64,000 bases of DNA, taken from NCBI RefSeq assembly GCF_009914755.1, contig NC_060935.1; one strand, given 5' to 3'. A model generated the notes under the pieces. The model was not told where the DNA came from. It did no database searches and worked only from the letters and a program-made list of their open reading frames with translations. The translations under genes were made by a program, and so were the position numbers. This DNA is from the human T2T-CHM13v2.0 reference genome, Homo sapiens. Of the stretch, positions 13,101 through 27,043 are shown piece after piece (within the stretch, counting starts at the first letter, position 1; the number at the start of each line of letters is the position of its first letter).

Positions 13101-14384
13101 CAGGGCACCTGTGTGGCTGTCCTGGCTGGGCTCCAGGCGGGAGCGGAGCTGTGGTCTGCTCAGATAAGGAGCCCCCCGGCTCCCAAACAGGATGGTAGCA
13201 GCCCCACTGTGTGATTTTAGGAACCATCATAGCAGTCAGGCAAACCAGGAAAATAATACTAACCCGGCCAGCTCCTTCCTGCTGCCAGAAATCACAGACG
13301 GGAAAGTGCAGGGGCCATGGTGGGCGAGGGTGCTGGGGAAGCCAGGTGCCCTTGAGCCCGCCTGCCATGGGACTCTGTGGGATGTTTCTGGGCAAGGCTG
13401 GGCAGGGGGGCTGGTCTCAGCTACTTATGCCCACACCTCCCCTAGGTGGGGCCCTGGGGTGGGGGTAGGGGCACCAGTGCACCAGAGGAGGTTTCACCGG
13501 GCTGGACTGGGAAGGCCCTGTCCCTGCCTCCTTGTGACTCTGGAGGTCCCTGGCCCTCTCTGGATGCTGGGATTCCCATCTACATTAGGGGACTTCTTTC
13601 TGACTCCCTATGATCCTGATAGGGGCTGGGGGGTACCATCTGCAGGGCCCTGTGGCTGACACAGGCCCAGGGAAGGGTTGGGACTCTGTCTCAGGCACTC
13701 CCCACCTCCCCATCTCCCTGCAGCCTGCTTCTCCCATCCCTCATCTGGACTACCCACTTCCTCCCCCGGGCTCCCCACCTCCGAATCTGCCTCACTCATT
13801 CCAGGGGGATGCAGACATCACCCGCAAACAAACAGGGCTCCTCAGGGTGAATCTAGGCACCTAGGAAATGTTCGCTTTTGGGAGGAAAGTTCCAGGCAGA
13901 GAGAAAAACACACTGAACGCCTGAGGAGACCCGGCCCATTTGGGCACAAGGGTGGCCCATGGTATGGCTCAAAGACCAAGACGCGATGGGGACACAGCGA
14001 TGGGAGTGGAGGCTGGATGGGGCATGTGGGGGACAGTGAGGGCGGTAAATGCCTGTGAGGCCTGTGCTGGGGAGGCTGCTGCACAGGACGCAGGTGCTTG
14101 AGGAAGAAGCTCTGCCCACAGTGTGGGAGGCACGGCACAGGGCCGAGGAAGAAGGCAGAGGGACCGGGGCGGCAGGCCTGGGGAGTGTGCTGGGGTCGGG
14201 GAGGACTCCAGAGCCTTGACAGAAGCATCAGGATGGCCCAGAAAAGGGGCACCCACCGTGTGGATAGGAGCCTGGCTGGGCTCCAGGGTCGCCCATCCCG
14301 GGGCAGGTGCAGGGAGGTGTCTGGTGTTCAGTGGCCTCAGAATGTGGGGCCTGGTGCAGCCTTGGGGTGTGGAAGGGCTTTCAT

Positions 14385-14466
14385 GAACTGTGAGAAAGAA
14401 ATTGCTGTTCTTTATATATGACCCAGTCTATGGTGTCCGTGACAGCAGCAGGAGACGGCCTCAGAC
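14385..14466 (+). mobile_element. MaLR LTR 3' end fragment (MST/MLT1A-like)
   Basis: gaactgtgagaaagaaattgctgttctttata...cccagtctatggt...agcagca...agaca. Confidence 0.7.
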
Positions 14467-15338
14467 AGTGTCGTAGACTGTGAGATGGAGGCAGGGGCTG
14501 TAAGCGTGCGTGTTCAGCACCCAGTGTAGCATAATTCCCAGGGAGCAGCTGGTCAGCTCTACCCTAAAACGGGCTCTGGGCCAGGGATGAGCAGCATTAT
14601 CTGTGTCAGAGACCCCACTGTCCCCTGCTAGGGACACTAAGCAGGACCCTGGCAGATACCCCCAGGGGGTCACCCACTCTGAAGGCAGAGGCTGGACTCC
14701 TGTGCCCGGGCAGGACAGACCCTCCTCTGCCTCAGCACAGCCCTGACCTCAGCCTGGCCCCTGCTGCTGACTCTGCTGACTACCCTGGACGCAGAGGGGC
14801 TGGAGAGAAGGGCCTGGGGGAGGATATGAGGATATGTGTCCAGGGCCTGGGGTTTTCCTATAACTGCAGGTGGCTCATGAAATCCTCACAGCAGCTGTCA
14901 AAGGAGGCAGGAGAGGTGAAGTGGGGTCCCCAAGGGCATAATGCAGGAAGCCGCAGAGCGGACTTGACCCCAAAGCCCTCACACTTTTTCTTTCAGGGCT
15001 GCTGCCCCCAAAAGGAAGGTGAGAGGTGAGAATGAACTTACCATACCACGTGGCCTACCATGGAAGCCACAGGCTCTGCAGAGTTGCCAGCGCTTCTCAA
15101 GCCAATGAATTGTTAGTCTCAGGTGGGAGGGGAGGAGAAGGGGGAAGGGGAGGGAGGGATGGAGAGGGAGTGGAAGCGTGTGGGAACCCCTGCCTGGCTG
15201 CCTGGCACTCAGACACTGCTCCAGGGAGCCAATCCCACCCTTGTGAAGCTGATGGCGTCTTTGCCCTGAGTTGATTGGCCTCCCCCAGGGTCTGTGGGTC
15301 CCGGTGGGAAAGCTCGATAGGGTGCTGACAAAACACTG

Positions 15339-15634
<296 letters not shown>

Positions 15635-16638
15635 CCCGCTGAATCAAGGGCACGTGTCGCTGACATTCTGAGGGGCTGTGGGTAATTCATGCCTCTCTGG
15701 CCTCAGCTTCCCAATCCATGCAATGGTATGATGATCACCACTAGGCCCATCCCACAGGCTGCTGCGGCCCGGCAAGCTCATGGCGGTGAAAGCATGCATG
15801 GCCTTCTCAGCCTCCTGCACAAGGAGGGTGTCAGGATCGGTCTCCTCCTGGGGGCAGGTGCTGAGTGTGCTTGGCACCCGTGGGATCTAGGGGAAAGGAG
15901 GCTGCTCCCTGTCTGGTCTGTGGTTTCATCTCAGCCACCTGCACCCCAGGGCCTTGCTCAGCCGAGCCCAGCCCTGTCCCTCCCTGCCCGGCCCTGTCTG
16001 TCCCAGGAGCCCCAGTTCCCTAGGCCCCCATTGTTCTCCCAACCCTTCACCCTGTGGCCCTCCCAGCCTGGAGCTCTGGAGACAATTCACATTCCATTCC
16101 GTGAATTCCACAGCCCCCACCCCTGCCCTCAGCCTCCTTCAAAGTGGCCGCTGGGGCTGGGGTCTGTCTTTGCAGAGGTGCCAGGCCACATGCCCTGCCC
16201 ACCTCTACCAGCTATGCCGCCTCTGAAGTTCCTCCAGCGGCACTGAGGAGGGGCCCTGTGGTCGAGGGTGCAGTTAAACGAGGCCCGACCGGGTAGTTGA
16301 GCTCAGCTTGGCTGTACTTGTCTTCCTTGGACCTGCTGGGCACCCCCAGGTAAGTCACTGCACGCCTGGACCTCAGTATCCCCCTCTGTAAAGTGGGGCA
16401 GAGACAGCAGGGCAGGGTGAAGACAGCAGGGCGGGGCTGAGACACTAGGGTGGGGAGGAGACAGTAGGATGTGGCAGTCATGAGCATGGGCCTTGGAGTC
16501 AGACACCCCTGCTCCCACCTTTGACCTGAGCAGGTGGTCAGGCCTCTCCATGCCTTGGTTTGTATCCATCCAGTGGAGAGGACACCAGTACCTATCTCAC
16601 AGAGGCTGTGGGCTTTAGATGGGTCCCACAGGTCCCCA

Positions 16639-16992
16639 TCATGATGGACTGCATATGTGTCCTCCAAATTCCTATGTTGAATCCTTAACCCCCAGTGCGA
16701 TGTTATTATGGGGCCACTCGGAGGTAATTAGGTCAGGAGGACGGAGCCCTTGTGATGGGTTAGTGCACTTATAAAAAGAGACTCCAGGGAGCTTGCTTCA
16801 TCTCGCTCTGCTCTCCACCATGTGAGGATACAAGGAGAACACAGCCATCTGCAAACCAGGAGGCAGGTCCTCACCAGACACTGACCTGCCGGCACCTGGA
16901 GCTCAGACTTCGAGCCTCCAGAAGTGCTAGCTCGTTGTCTAAGTCACTCAGTCTATGGGGATCTGGTGTAGCAGCCTGAACAGACTAAGACA
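16639..16992 (+). mobile_element. MaLR LTR (MLT1A0-like)
   Basis: atggactg...aaattcctatgttgaaatccttaacccc...ccatgtgaggatac...agcagcctgaacagactaagaca. Confidence 0.9.
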
Positions 16993-17479
16993 CCACCAAG
17001 TTCAGGGCCCGGCCGAGGTGAGGCTCGAGGGGAACAGCTGTTTCTAAGGGGCCTTTCAAAAGCCCCCTCCCCAGTGTCACTTCCTGCTATTCTCTGCCCC
17101 GACACTGGTTCTCCATGTGGTGCTGCCATCTTGCCTTTCCTCATGCTGCCCCCTGCCTAGCAGGCTTCTCTCAGCTTGTCCAATCCTCACCTGCACGCAC
17201 ATGCCAAATGGGAAGGGCATCCATTTTCCCTAGGGATCTGCTGGGCCCCAGCTATGCTAATGTCTCCTACCTCCAATCTTCCCACCTCCTCATTCTCTCT
17301 GTGGAGCCTAGCGGGTGCCTAGCACTGTACGCCCACCACACTCTCTGGGACAGGAAACCCCTCCAGCACATCTCCTTGGCCAGGTTCCTGCCGGACAGAG
17401 ACTTAATTTGCCTTATGATTCAGCTCCCCTCCTGAGCTCCTGCCCTGTGCCTGCCTGGCCTGTGAGCTGCCCTCAGGTG

Positions 17480-17870
17480 GTTCCCAGGCTGTTGGGGATG
17501 GCGGAAGGTGACACCCTCTGAAACACAGTGATCTGAGCATATAGGAGGCTGGGGTATCCAGGGAAGGGGACCTAACTCTGTGGGGAAATGGGCTAACCAA
17601 GGAAGGCTTCTCAGAGGAGGTGGCACTGAGCTGAATCTTGAAAGATGAGTAGGATTCATCAGATGGACAAGGGAGTGGGGGTTCCTGCCTCACAGTAGGA
17701 AAACATACACGAAGCCCCAAAGGCTGAATGAAGCCACCAGAAGGGCTGCAGAATGACACATCTAACCCTTCACTAGGAGGCAGCACAGGGTAGAAGGGCT
17801 GGAGAAGAGCACTGGATTGTAGAAGAGGCCAGATAGAGCCAGGCTTAGGCACAGGGGTGCTGCTAGAGAC
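17480..17870 (-). mobile_element. L2 fragment
   Basis: ggaaggcttctcagaggaggtggcactgagctgaatcttgaaagatgagtagga. Confidence 0.7.
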
Positions 17871-18378
17871 ATGCAATTAGTTGGCATTGCAGCAGGGCTC
17901 TCCTGGCTGCTGGCAAGGATGGCTTGGAACGGGTGAGACTGGAAGCCCAGAGCCCAGGGAGGGGCAGGGGCCCTGGCCTGCACAGGAGCAAGGAGGTAAT
18001 AAGGAGGCAAATTTTCAGGAGCTACTCAGGCTCTGCACCGAGCCCTTCTATACTCTCTGGCCATTTCTCCTGGGCAATCTTTATCTCTACCTCCCTGTAT
18101 ATCTCAGGCCTCTCTTTCCAGAGCCACAGGGGCCACCTGACATCTCACAGGCTCATCTACCTTCCAAGACCAGCTCATCACTTCTGGCACCCCTCTCTAT
18201 AGTTGCCTCCCAAAGTCTCCCATCTTATACCCACGGCCCCCTGGGCATCAAGCTGGACATCTGGGAACAACCTTCAGCACCAAGTCCCCCCACCACTCAT
18301 CTGGACTTGCAAAAGTCTCCTTACTGGTCTCGCTGTCATCCAGGAGCCATGGTGAATTACTTAAAAATTCTTTTCTTC

Positions 18379-18718
<340 letters not shown>

Positions 18719-21377
18719 TCACCCTGCTGCACAGCCCAGGCCCTGGCACAGAAAACTGCACACTTGGTCATGTCCGCTTCTCTTTTTCAAGGGTTTCTGA
18801 CCCTACACAGAATGGCTGCCTCACCTCCCATCCTCTCTCCAGGCTCCTGCGCTCCAGCCACACTGGCCTTGAACCTGCTCCTTCTTGCCTCGGCCTCCAC
18901 AAGCTTTTTCCTCTGCTTGGCATGCCCTCCCCTGGCTCCTCCTCTGACAAATTCGCTCTCTTCCACCCCTCCCTGCAGAGCCATCTCCATGGTGGCCATC
19001 TGTGAGGCTATGACCGTCTCCCACCAGGTTGTGAGTCCCATGAGGTCGAGGCGGCAGAAAGCAGCACCGCTCAGATCCCAGAGCAAGGCAAGCAGGGAGC
19101 CACGCCTGCCTCGGGCCTAAGCCCTTGCCCAGGGCTGTCTTCAGAGCTCCTCTCCACCTCCTGGGGCAGGGCGGAGGCTGCTCCTGGCGGGCCCAACACT
19201 GAGAACCATCAGGGACTAAGGCAGAACCAGAACACAGGGATTTGCTCTCCTGCCAGCCCAGGCCTGCAACCCCCTCCTGCCCCTCACCTTCTTAGAGTTC
19301 CCTGGGGCCTGAGAACCCAGCAGGGTTCCACCCACAGTGCCCCGAAGGGTCACTTCCCTGCCTGCTCCCCTGATGGCCTCCTATACCTATCAAGAGCTAA
19401 CTCACACCTTACCCTCTTCTGAAGCTGTTGCTGCCCCTCAGGCAGGGCTGGTCACCAGCCTCAGGGCACCCTGTGTCATTAGCTCCCTACTAGTCAGCCT
19501 CCCACCCAACCCCCTACGCACACACCAGGTCTGGAGCCCCTTGGAGTCAGAGCCTGAGCCTGCTCCATCTCCATCTCTGTGTCTGCACTCCCAGCACGGG
19601 GACTTCAGTTGGGGTTGGTGTGGAACAGGGTGGAAGGTGGAAGGAAGGATGGATGAATAGCAGAATCGAAGGGATACTCTGATCTCCAAACAGCCCCAGC
19701 CAGTTCTCCTCCCCCTCTGGTACCTCCTGCTCCACCTCCTGGGCAGGAGAGCAGCAGACCTAGCCCTCCCATTGCCAGTCCTGATTTGTAGGGTCTCTGA
19801 GGTGGTGAAAGGAGTCTAGGCCCCTTTCCCCTTCCTGCTTGGCCCACGTGCACCTCCTGGAGTCTCAGCGCCAGAGAAACCCCCTCTGGAGGGAGGCATC
19901 TCTCAGCAATGTCAGGGAAGGGACACGGTCAGCTCGTTTGTCAGCCCTGCTGGTCAACACCTGCCCGCCTCACAGGGAGGGGCTGGCGCTGGCCTCCCCT
20001 CCGGGGCCTGTTTCCCTTGGAGCCCTTTCCCAGAGCTGTCTAGAGCTCCCCACGAGCAAGCCCTGCTCATTTCCTTCTGAAAATACAAACCACTTCCTGC
20101 CTTCGCAGAGAACTGCTCCGGTGAAATGGGCCATGGTCTCGGAGTCGTCTATGCACCACCCCCCACGACCCAGCTGGTCAGAGCTGTGCCCCCGCCTCCC
20201 CGACCACACAGTCAGCCCATCCACAGGCTCCGTCCAAGTCCTCCTGCCTATCCAGCCCTGCACAAAGGAGCGGGGCAGGAGCAGGGTGTTCTTTGATTCC
20301 ACAGACCTCCAGCGACATCTCCTCTGTGCCAGGACCTCAGCTGGCCACAGGGGAACCAAGTCAGCATGCCCTAGCACTGCCTATGGCTCTGCCAGCCTGG
20401 ACACTGTCATCCCACATCCGGGTTTGCATTCTGACTCGGCCACTCTCAAGGCCATTTGGCCCCAGCAAATGCCTGGACCTAGGCCCCAGGTGCAGAGAGA
20501 ACAGGGCTACGGGAGGAGCAGAGGAAGTAAGGTGTTTCTCACTGCAAAGCCCTCAACAAATCTTAGATAATAAGCAGGTGGCAAGGCTACAAATGCTTGG
20601 GGCTCAGCGAGCAGTTCACTCTGGAAGGGGTGAAGAGCTTCACAAACCATGATGTGGAGAACAAGAGCCTGCAGCCCCTGGAGACCAGGACCTCGAGGTC
20701 TGCCCCCCACAACCTCTGCCCAGGATCCCAGTGTACAGAAGGGGACACTGAGGTCCAGAGCGGAGCATGACCTGTCTCAGGTCCCACACTGAATCATGGC
20801 AGTGCCTGGGGTGGAAGGGACCATCAAAGCCAGGTTCACTGCAGGTGCCCTCACAACCCTAGACAAAGGGGAAGAGGAGGCAGGAAGGGGAGGCTATGGA
20901 GAGGATGGGGGCCAGGGGAGGCACAGGGGTGAAGCCTGGGGCAGGGATGAGGGGGCAGCAGGTGAACAGATGTGCGATGCACACACACAGCTGATGACCC
21001 CTGGATGCCCCCAGGCCCTGCAGACTCCCCATGCCCATCCATCCTCAAACCCGCTCTCCCTGGGTTCTCTCAGAAATGGCACTTCCAGAAGCCCAGCCAG
21101 ACGGTGGGCATCCCCTGAATGACCCGCCTTCCCCTCCCTCCCCACAGTGAACTTGTCTACACCTCATGAAAACCTCTCCACGGTGACGATGTGAAGCACC
21201 TGGAGCTCACACAATGCTGGGCGAGTATAACTGAGTACAAATACTTTGGAACACTGTGTCACACATAAAGCTGAACATCTCCTATGAACCAGCAATCTAC
21301 TCTTAGGGACATATCCAGTGGTGTGCTGGTAAATGTATAACAACCAGCTCTCAAAAAAAAAAAATAAATAAATAAAA

Positions 21378-21802
21378 AGCTGGGCGAGGTGGCTCACGCC
21401 TGTAATCCCAGCACTTTGGGAGGCCGAGGCAGCTGGATCACCTGAGGCCAGGAGTTCGAGACCAGCCTGGCCAACATGGTGAAACCCAGTCTCTACTAAA
21501 AATACAAAAATTAGCCAGTCATGGTGGCGGGCACCTGTAGTCCCAGCTACTCAGGGGGCTGAGGCAGGAGAATCATCTTTTTTTTTTTTTTTTTGAGACA
21601 GCGTCTTGCTCTGTTGCCCAGGCTGGAGTGCAGTGGCGCGATCTCAGCTCACTGCAAGCTCCGCCACCCGGGTTTATGCCATTCTCCTGAAGAATCATTT
21701 AAACATGCAAGGCGGAGGTTGCAGTGAGCCGAGATAGGATCATTGCACTCCAGCCTGGGCCACAGAGTGAGAATTCCTTAAAAAAAAAAAAAAAAAAAAA
21801 AA
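21378..21802 (+). mobile_element. Alu (AluSx-like) interrupted in its right arm
   Basis: Alu sequence breaks at ggagaatcat and resumes after 21690. Confidence 0.93.
21578..21689 (-). mobile_element. 5'-truncated AluY-like insertion
   Basis: T17 tail, Y-type gcaagctccgcc and gccattctcc, TSD agaatcat (21569-21576 / 21691-21698). Confidence 0.9.
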
Positions 21803-21827
21803 GGAAGAAAGAAAGGAAAAGTCCTGA

Positions 21828-22230
<403 letters not shown>

Positions 22231-22870
22231 ACATGTCATGGACTCTTGCAAGCTGGCTCCGGCACATCACTGAATGTATCCCGCACACTTGTGTACAAAT
22301 GCACCCCCATAGACAGGTTCTGGCATGCTCATAGCAGCACTGTTCCTAAAGCTCCAACCCAGACACTACCCAAATGCCCACCAACAGTAGAAAGGGAAAA
22401 TCAATTGTGATCCCTTCACACAACAGAATGCAATACAGCAATGAGAGTGGCCAGCCACTGCTACTACATGCAGCCCCATGGAGGACTCTCACAGATACAA
22501 CTCTGAACGAAAGAGGCCAGGCGTGAACAGCACAGGTGGAACTGAGGAGTCCCAACCCAGGGCAGGAAGGGCACAAGAACATCGTCCTGTTTGTGGACTC
22601 ACCTGGTAGTTACCCGGATGTGTTCACTTTTGATAATTTATTAAGGAATATTTTTATGATTGGTGCACTTTCCTGTATGCATGTTATATTTCAAAAACAA
22701 GTTTTCATGAAAAAAAAAAAAAGCAAACAAATACAAATGCTGTCTGCTGTCCCCTCCTGTCCTCCCATGCCCTTGCCCTGTGCAGGCCAGCACCGCCTCC
22801 CCCTGGATGGCTGCCCTGGCCTTCCTCTCATGTGCTCACCTCCCCATACCTCCCACTCCCACTCCAAATT

Positions 22871-22979
22871 ATAGTCGCCAGGCTTAGCAATAAAAGTACA
22901 CAAATGCCAAAAAAGTTATTCACTGTTTATCTGAAATTCACATTTGACTGAGGGTCCTATGTTTGACCTGACAACTCTA
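22871..22979. mobile_element. MER53-like DNA transposon fragment
   Basis: tgtttatctgaaattcacatttgactg...cctgacaactcta. Confidence 0.6.
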
Positions 22980-23164
22980 CTCCTGATGCGTGTTCAACCC
23001 CCGCCTCCTGAGAGGTCTTCCTCAAAGGCAAATTGGGCCATGTCCCTCCCCTTCCCCTGCTCCCCTCTGGCCTAGGACTCACCAAACTCCTTAGTATGAT
23101 TTTTAAGACTCTCCATTTCCAGCCCCCTCCAGTGTTTTCCAGTCCCACACTCTAACTACACCAA

Positions 23165-23620
23165 ACTTCTCATGCATTCATTCCTTCAAAAGATGTTTGC
23201 TGAGTGCTCGCTGTGTGCCAGGCCCTCTTCCCAGCCACACCGTTCCCTCTAGAGGACTGTCACTCTGCAGGTGCTGTTTTCCCTGCCTGCCTTCGGTGCC
23301 TTCCATAGCTGGGCACCCTGATGAACTCATCTTCAGAATGCAGGTCAGGCCTCCGCCTCCCCCAGGGCACACCCCCACCCTCCTGACCTCGGTCTATGTT
23401 AGGGGCCCCTCCCTGGGGCTCCTCTTTGTCCCAGCTCTGAGCACACCGCTTTGTCATTGTCATTGCCTGTGTCCACACCTGTCTCCCCACCAGACTGTGA
23501 CTTCATCCTGGACGAAGGCCAGGTCTGACTCATCTCGGGGTCCCCAGCCCCGGCCCAGGGCCTACAGAGAAGCTGGCACCAGGAAAGGTGCGTGGAGTGT
23601 GTGGGAGAATCAGTGATAAA
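23165..23620. mobile_element. L2 fragments
   Basis: cattcattccttcaaaagatgtttgctgagtgctcgctgtgtgccagg; ctgtctccccaccagactgtga. Confidence 0.6.
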
Positions 23621-25456
23621 TGATCACAGGGAGCAGAGTCCTGGAGTTTTCAAGACGGTTCTGATTTCGGTTTCTGTCCAGTTGCTCCCATAAGAAGCCA
23701 GCTGTGGCCAGACCACATGTCTCACCTGCTGGCTTAGAAAGCACAGTCTCCATCTACAGGAGAGGCATGGGACCTGGGGTGGTGGTGTTATATCCTGATG
23801 CTCCAGTTCTGCCTCTGCCCCAGGGGCTCCCTGCTCCCTCCAGTCCCCAAGCCTCAGTCCCAAATCTGTGACGGGGTCTGGGGAGACTGGGAAGTGTCTG
23901 AGGGTCCCTGCCATGCAGCCCTCTCACCCTCACTTGTCTTCTCTGAGCTGCCTCTGTGCCTCACGCTCGAGCGCCTTTGGCTCTGGGAGGCGAGACTGAC
24001 AGCAGCAGAGGTGAAACCCCGGGTGCATTAATGGAGCCCGTGTTTACCCAGGCTGGGCCCGTAAAATGCCTCAAGCGGAACTGAGCTCGGCTTGCAGCTC
24101 CCGGGCATTGTCCGTTACGGCTGTTGAACCTTGGAATGGACCACCCGGGTGGGCATCTCATTCCCTTGACACCTTGGAAAACTCCAAAGGGAAGCTTGGG
24201 AATGCCTTGAGGCAGAGGAGTAGACAAGGATGCGTTGCAGGGCTCAGGGCCCTGAGAGGTTGGCCTGTCCAGCCTCTTGCCTTATGCTGCATTATGGCCT
24301 GGGGGAGAATGACTTGGGCTTTTTCTGCATGCTGCCTCTAAGCGGAACCCTGCAGTGGTACCCAGTAGACATGGCTCTGTGACTTGTCACCTCTGCCTGG
24401 TGTAGGTCTTCTTTCTCTACACTATTGCTGGGCTCTGTGGGCAGGTCCTGGGGCACCTCATCTCTCAGCCCCCCAGCCTGGCCCTTTTCTGAGTTCCTCT
24501 TCTCTGTCCTGCCCTGTGCAAGGGAAGAATCAGACTCTGTCTTGCCTTTAGGGAGTTCCCTGTATGAAAACAGCTAGCGCTGAGTACCCAGTAAACTAGA
24601 GGATGAGGCAGGCGTTCATCCATCCATCCACCCATTCTTGCATCCATCTCTTGGCAACAGTCCCATCAGTTTCTGGGGAACAAAGTTACCAGTGTAGCCT
24701 TGGGGGTCACGTGGTTCTGACTTCAAACCTGTCCCTATCAATCACATGACTTTTGGCTTCTCTCTCTACCTCTTTGGACCTCCGTTTCTGCATTGTTTTT
24801 AAAAAAAAATCCCACCTCACAGAGTAGTTACGGAGATTCCCTGAGACAATGCTCATCCACTGATTAGAACAGGGCCAGGCACCAAGGCAGACATACCCAG
24901 AAGCTAATAAAGTCTACACTTCAGTGCCCCTTGCTTACAGCTGTCCCTTCGCTGGAAGATAGATACCCTAGCAATGCGTTCCCATGGTCATATGTTTTTG
25001 TAAAACTTTGCACAAAGCAAGGTATTCTAGCCGCAAAGGGTTGATACCGCTGTTTCTTTTCACTTTTACTTCCCCTCCTTCCTTTCCTGTCAAGGGGTGT
25101 TGAGTGGCTGAGGCATTTGGGGGATTTAGCTGAAGGGAAGCTGAGCTGAGGATACATTTACAGTAATTTGGGATTAGTGGTGCATATTTATATGGTTCGC
25201 GGTCACTTACGGGTAGAGTTATTACTAGACGTTCTGGTATAGGAACAGCTTTCAGAATGAATACCTATACTGCCTGCCCACCGTGCCGACTCATTTGGTG
25301 TCATAGCTGTGACCGGGGCTGGAAGTCTGTGGACAGTGGAGGAGAAACAAGGTTTGAAATGTATAGAGACTGAAGCCAGTCTGGAGTATTCGTTCAGGCA
25401 TCAGATGTACCAAATTGTAGGCAAAGAATTTGGGCCTCATCAAAACAGAAATTATC

Positions 25457-25762
25457 AGCCTCGTGTGGTGGCTCATGCCTGTAATCTCAGCACTTTGGGA
25501 GGCTGAGGTGGGCAGACCGTTTGAGTCCAGGAGTTCAGGACCAGCCTGGACGACATGATGAAACCCCCATCTCTACAAAAAAATGCAAAAAAAAAAAAAA
25601 GTTCTTTGGGCATGGTAGTGCATGCCTTATAGTTCCAACTACTCAGGAGGCTAAGGTAGGAGGATCACTTGAGCTCAGGAGGTGGAGGCTGCAGTGACCC
25701 ATGATTGCACCACTGCATTCCAGCCTGGGTGACAGAGTGAGACCCCCTCTCAAAAAACAAAC
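25457..25762 (+). mobile_element. Alu (AluJ-like)
   Basis: Diverged dimer. Confidence 0.93.
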
Positions 25763-25842
25763 CAACCCAGTAATGATCTTGCATCAGGAATGTCATAGAT
25801 AGTGCAGCCTATATAATTAGAAATTATAAATACATCTTTTCT

Positions 25843-26162
25843 GGACCGGGTGCAGTGGCTCACACCTGTAATCCCAGAACTTTAGGAGGCTAAGGAGGAC
25901 AGATTGCTTGAGCCCACGAGTTTGAAACCAGCCTGGGCAACATGGCGAAACCCCATCTCTACTAAAAATTCAAAAATCAGCTGGGAATGGTGGCATGCAT
26001 CTATAATCCCAGCTACTCCAGGACTGAGAGGTGGGAGGATCACTTGACCCTGGGAGGTAGAGGCTATCGTGAGCTGAGATCCCACCACTGCACTCCAGCC
26101 TGGGTGACAGAATGAGATCCTGTCTCAAAAACAACAACAACAACAACAACAACAACAAAAAA
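25843..26162 (+). mobile_element. Alu (AluJ-like) with (CAA)n tail
   Basis: Dimer followed by caacaacaa repeat. Confidence 0.93.
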
Positions 26163-26170
26163 CCACAATA

Positions 26171-26532
<362 letters not shown>

Positions 26533-26736
26533 TCATGTGAAATAGAATTTGCCAGAGCTCTACATTTGTAGGGCACAACCCTACAGCAGTAGAACAAATA
26601 GCAAGTGTATTTGTGTCTGAAGCTGCATATTTTATGCATCTCAATTGTCAATCATAATACACTAGTTTCAATCAATCACATGAAAAAAAGACTGAATTAT
26701 CTTTCTATTCTTTCTATAGAAAATATTGCATAAGTT

Positions 26737-26958
26737 GTCCAGGCGCAGTGGCTCATGCCTGTAATCCCAGCACTTGGGGAGGCCAAGGTGGGCGAATCAT
26801 GGGGTCAGGAGCTCAAGGCCAGCCTGGCCAACATAATGAAACCCCATCTCTACTAAAAATACAAAAAAAAAAAAAATCTGCCAGGCATGGTGGCAGGCAC
26901 CTGTAATCCCAGCTACTTGGGAGGCTGAGGCAAGGAGAATCACTTGAACCTGGGAGGC
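26737..26958 (+). mobile_element. 3'-truncated AluS
   Basis: Stops at gaacctgggaggc with no tail. Confidence 0.93.
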
Positions 26959-27043
26959 TTCAGTCTCTATACATTTCAAACCTTGTTTCTCCTCCACTGT
27001 CCACAGACTTCCAGCCCCAGTCACAGCTATGATGCCAAACGAG
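26956..27043 (-). repeat. Inverted local duplicate of 25290-25377
   Basis: 84/88 identical; all differences at CpG positions. Confidence 0.95.

Noticed and set aside
19839-20570. 243-aa ORF
   Set aside because: Non-ATG start, Ser/Pro-rich composition expected by chance in GC-rich DNA, no recognisable homology.
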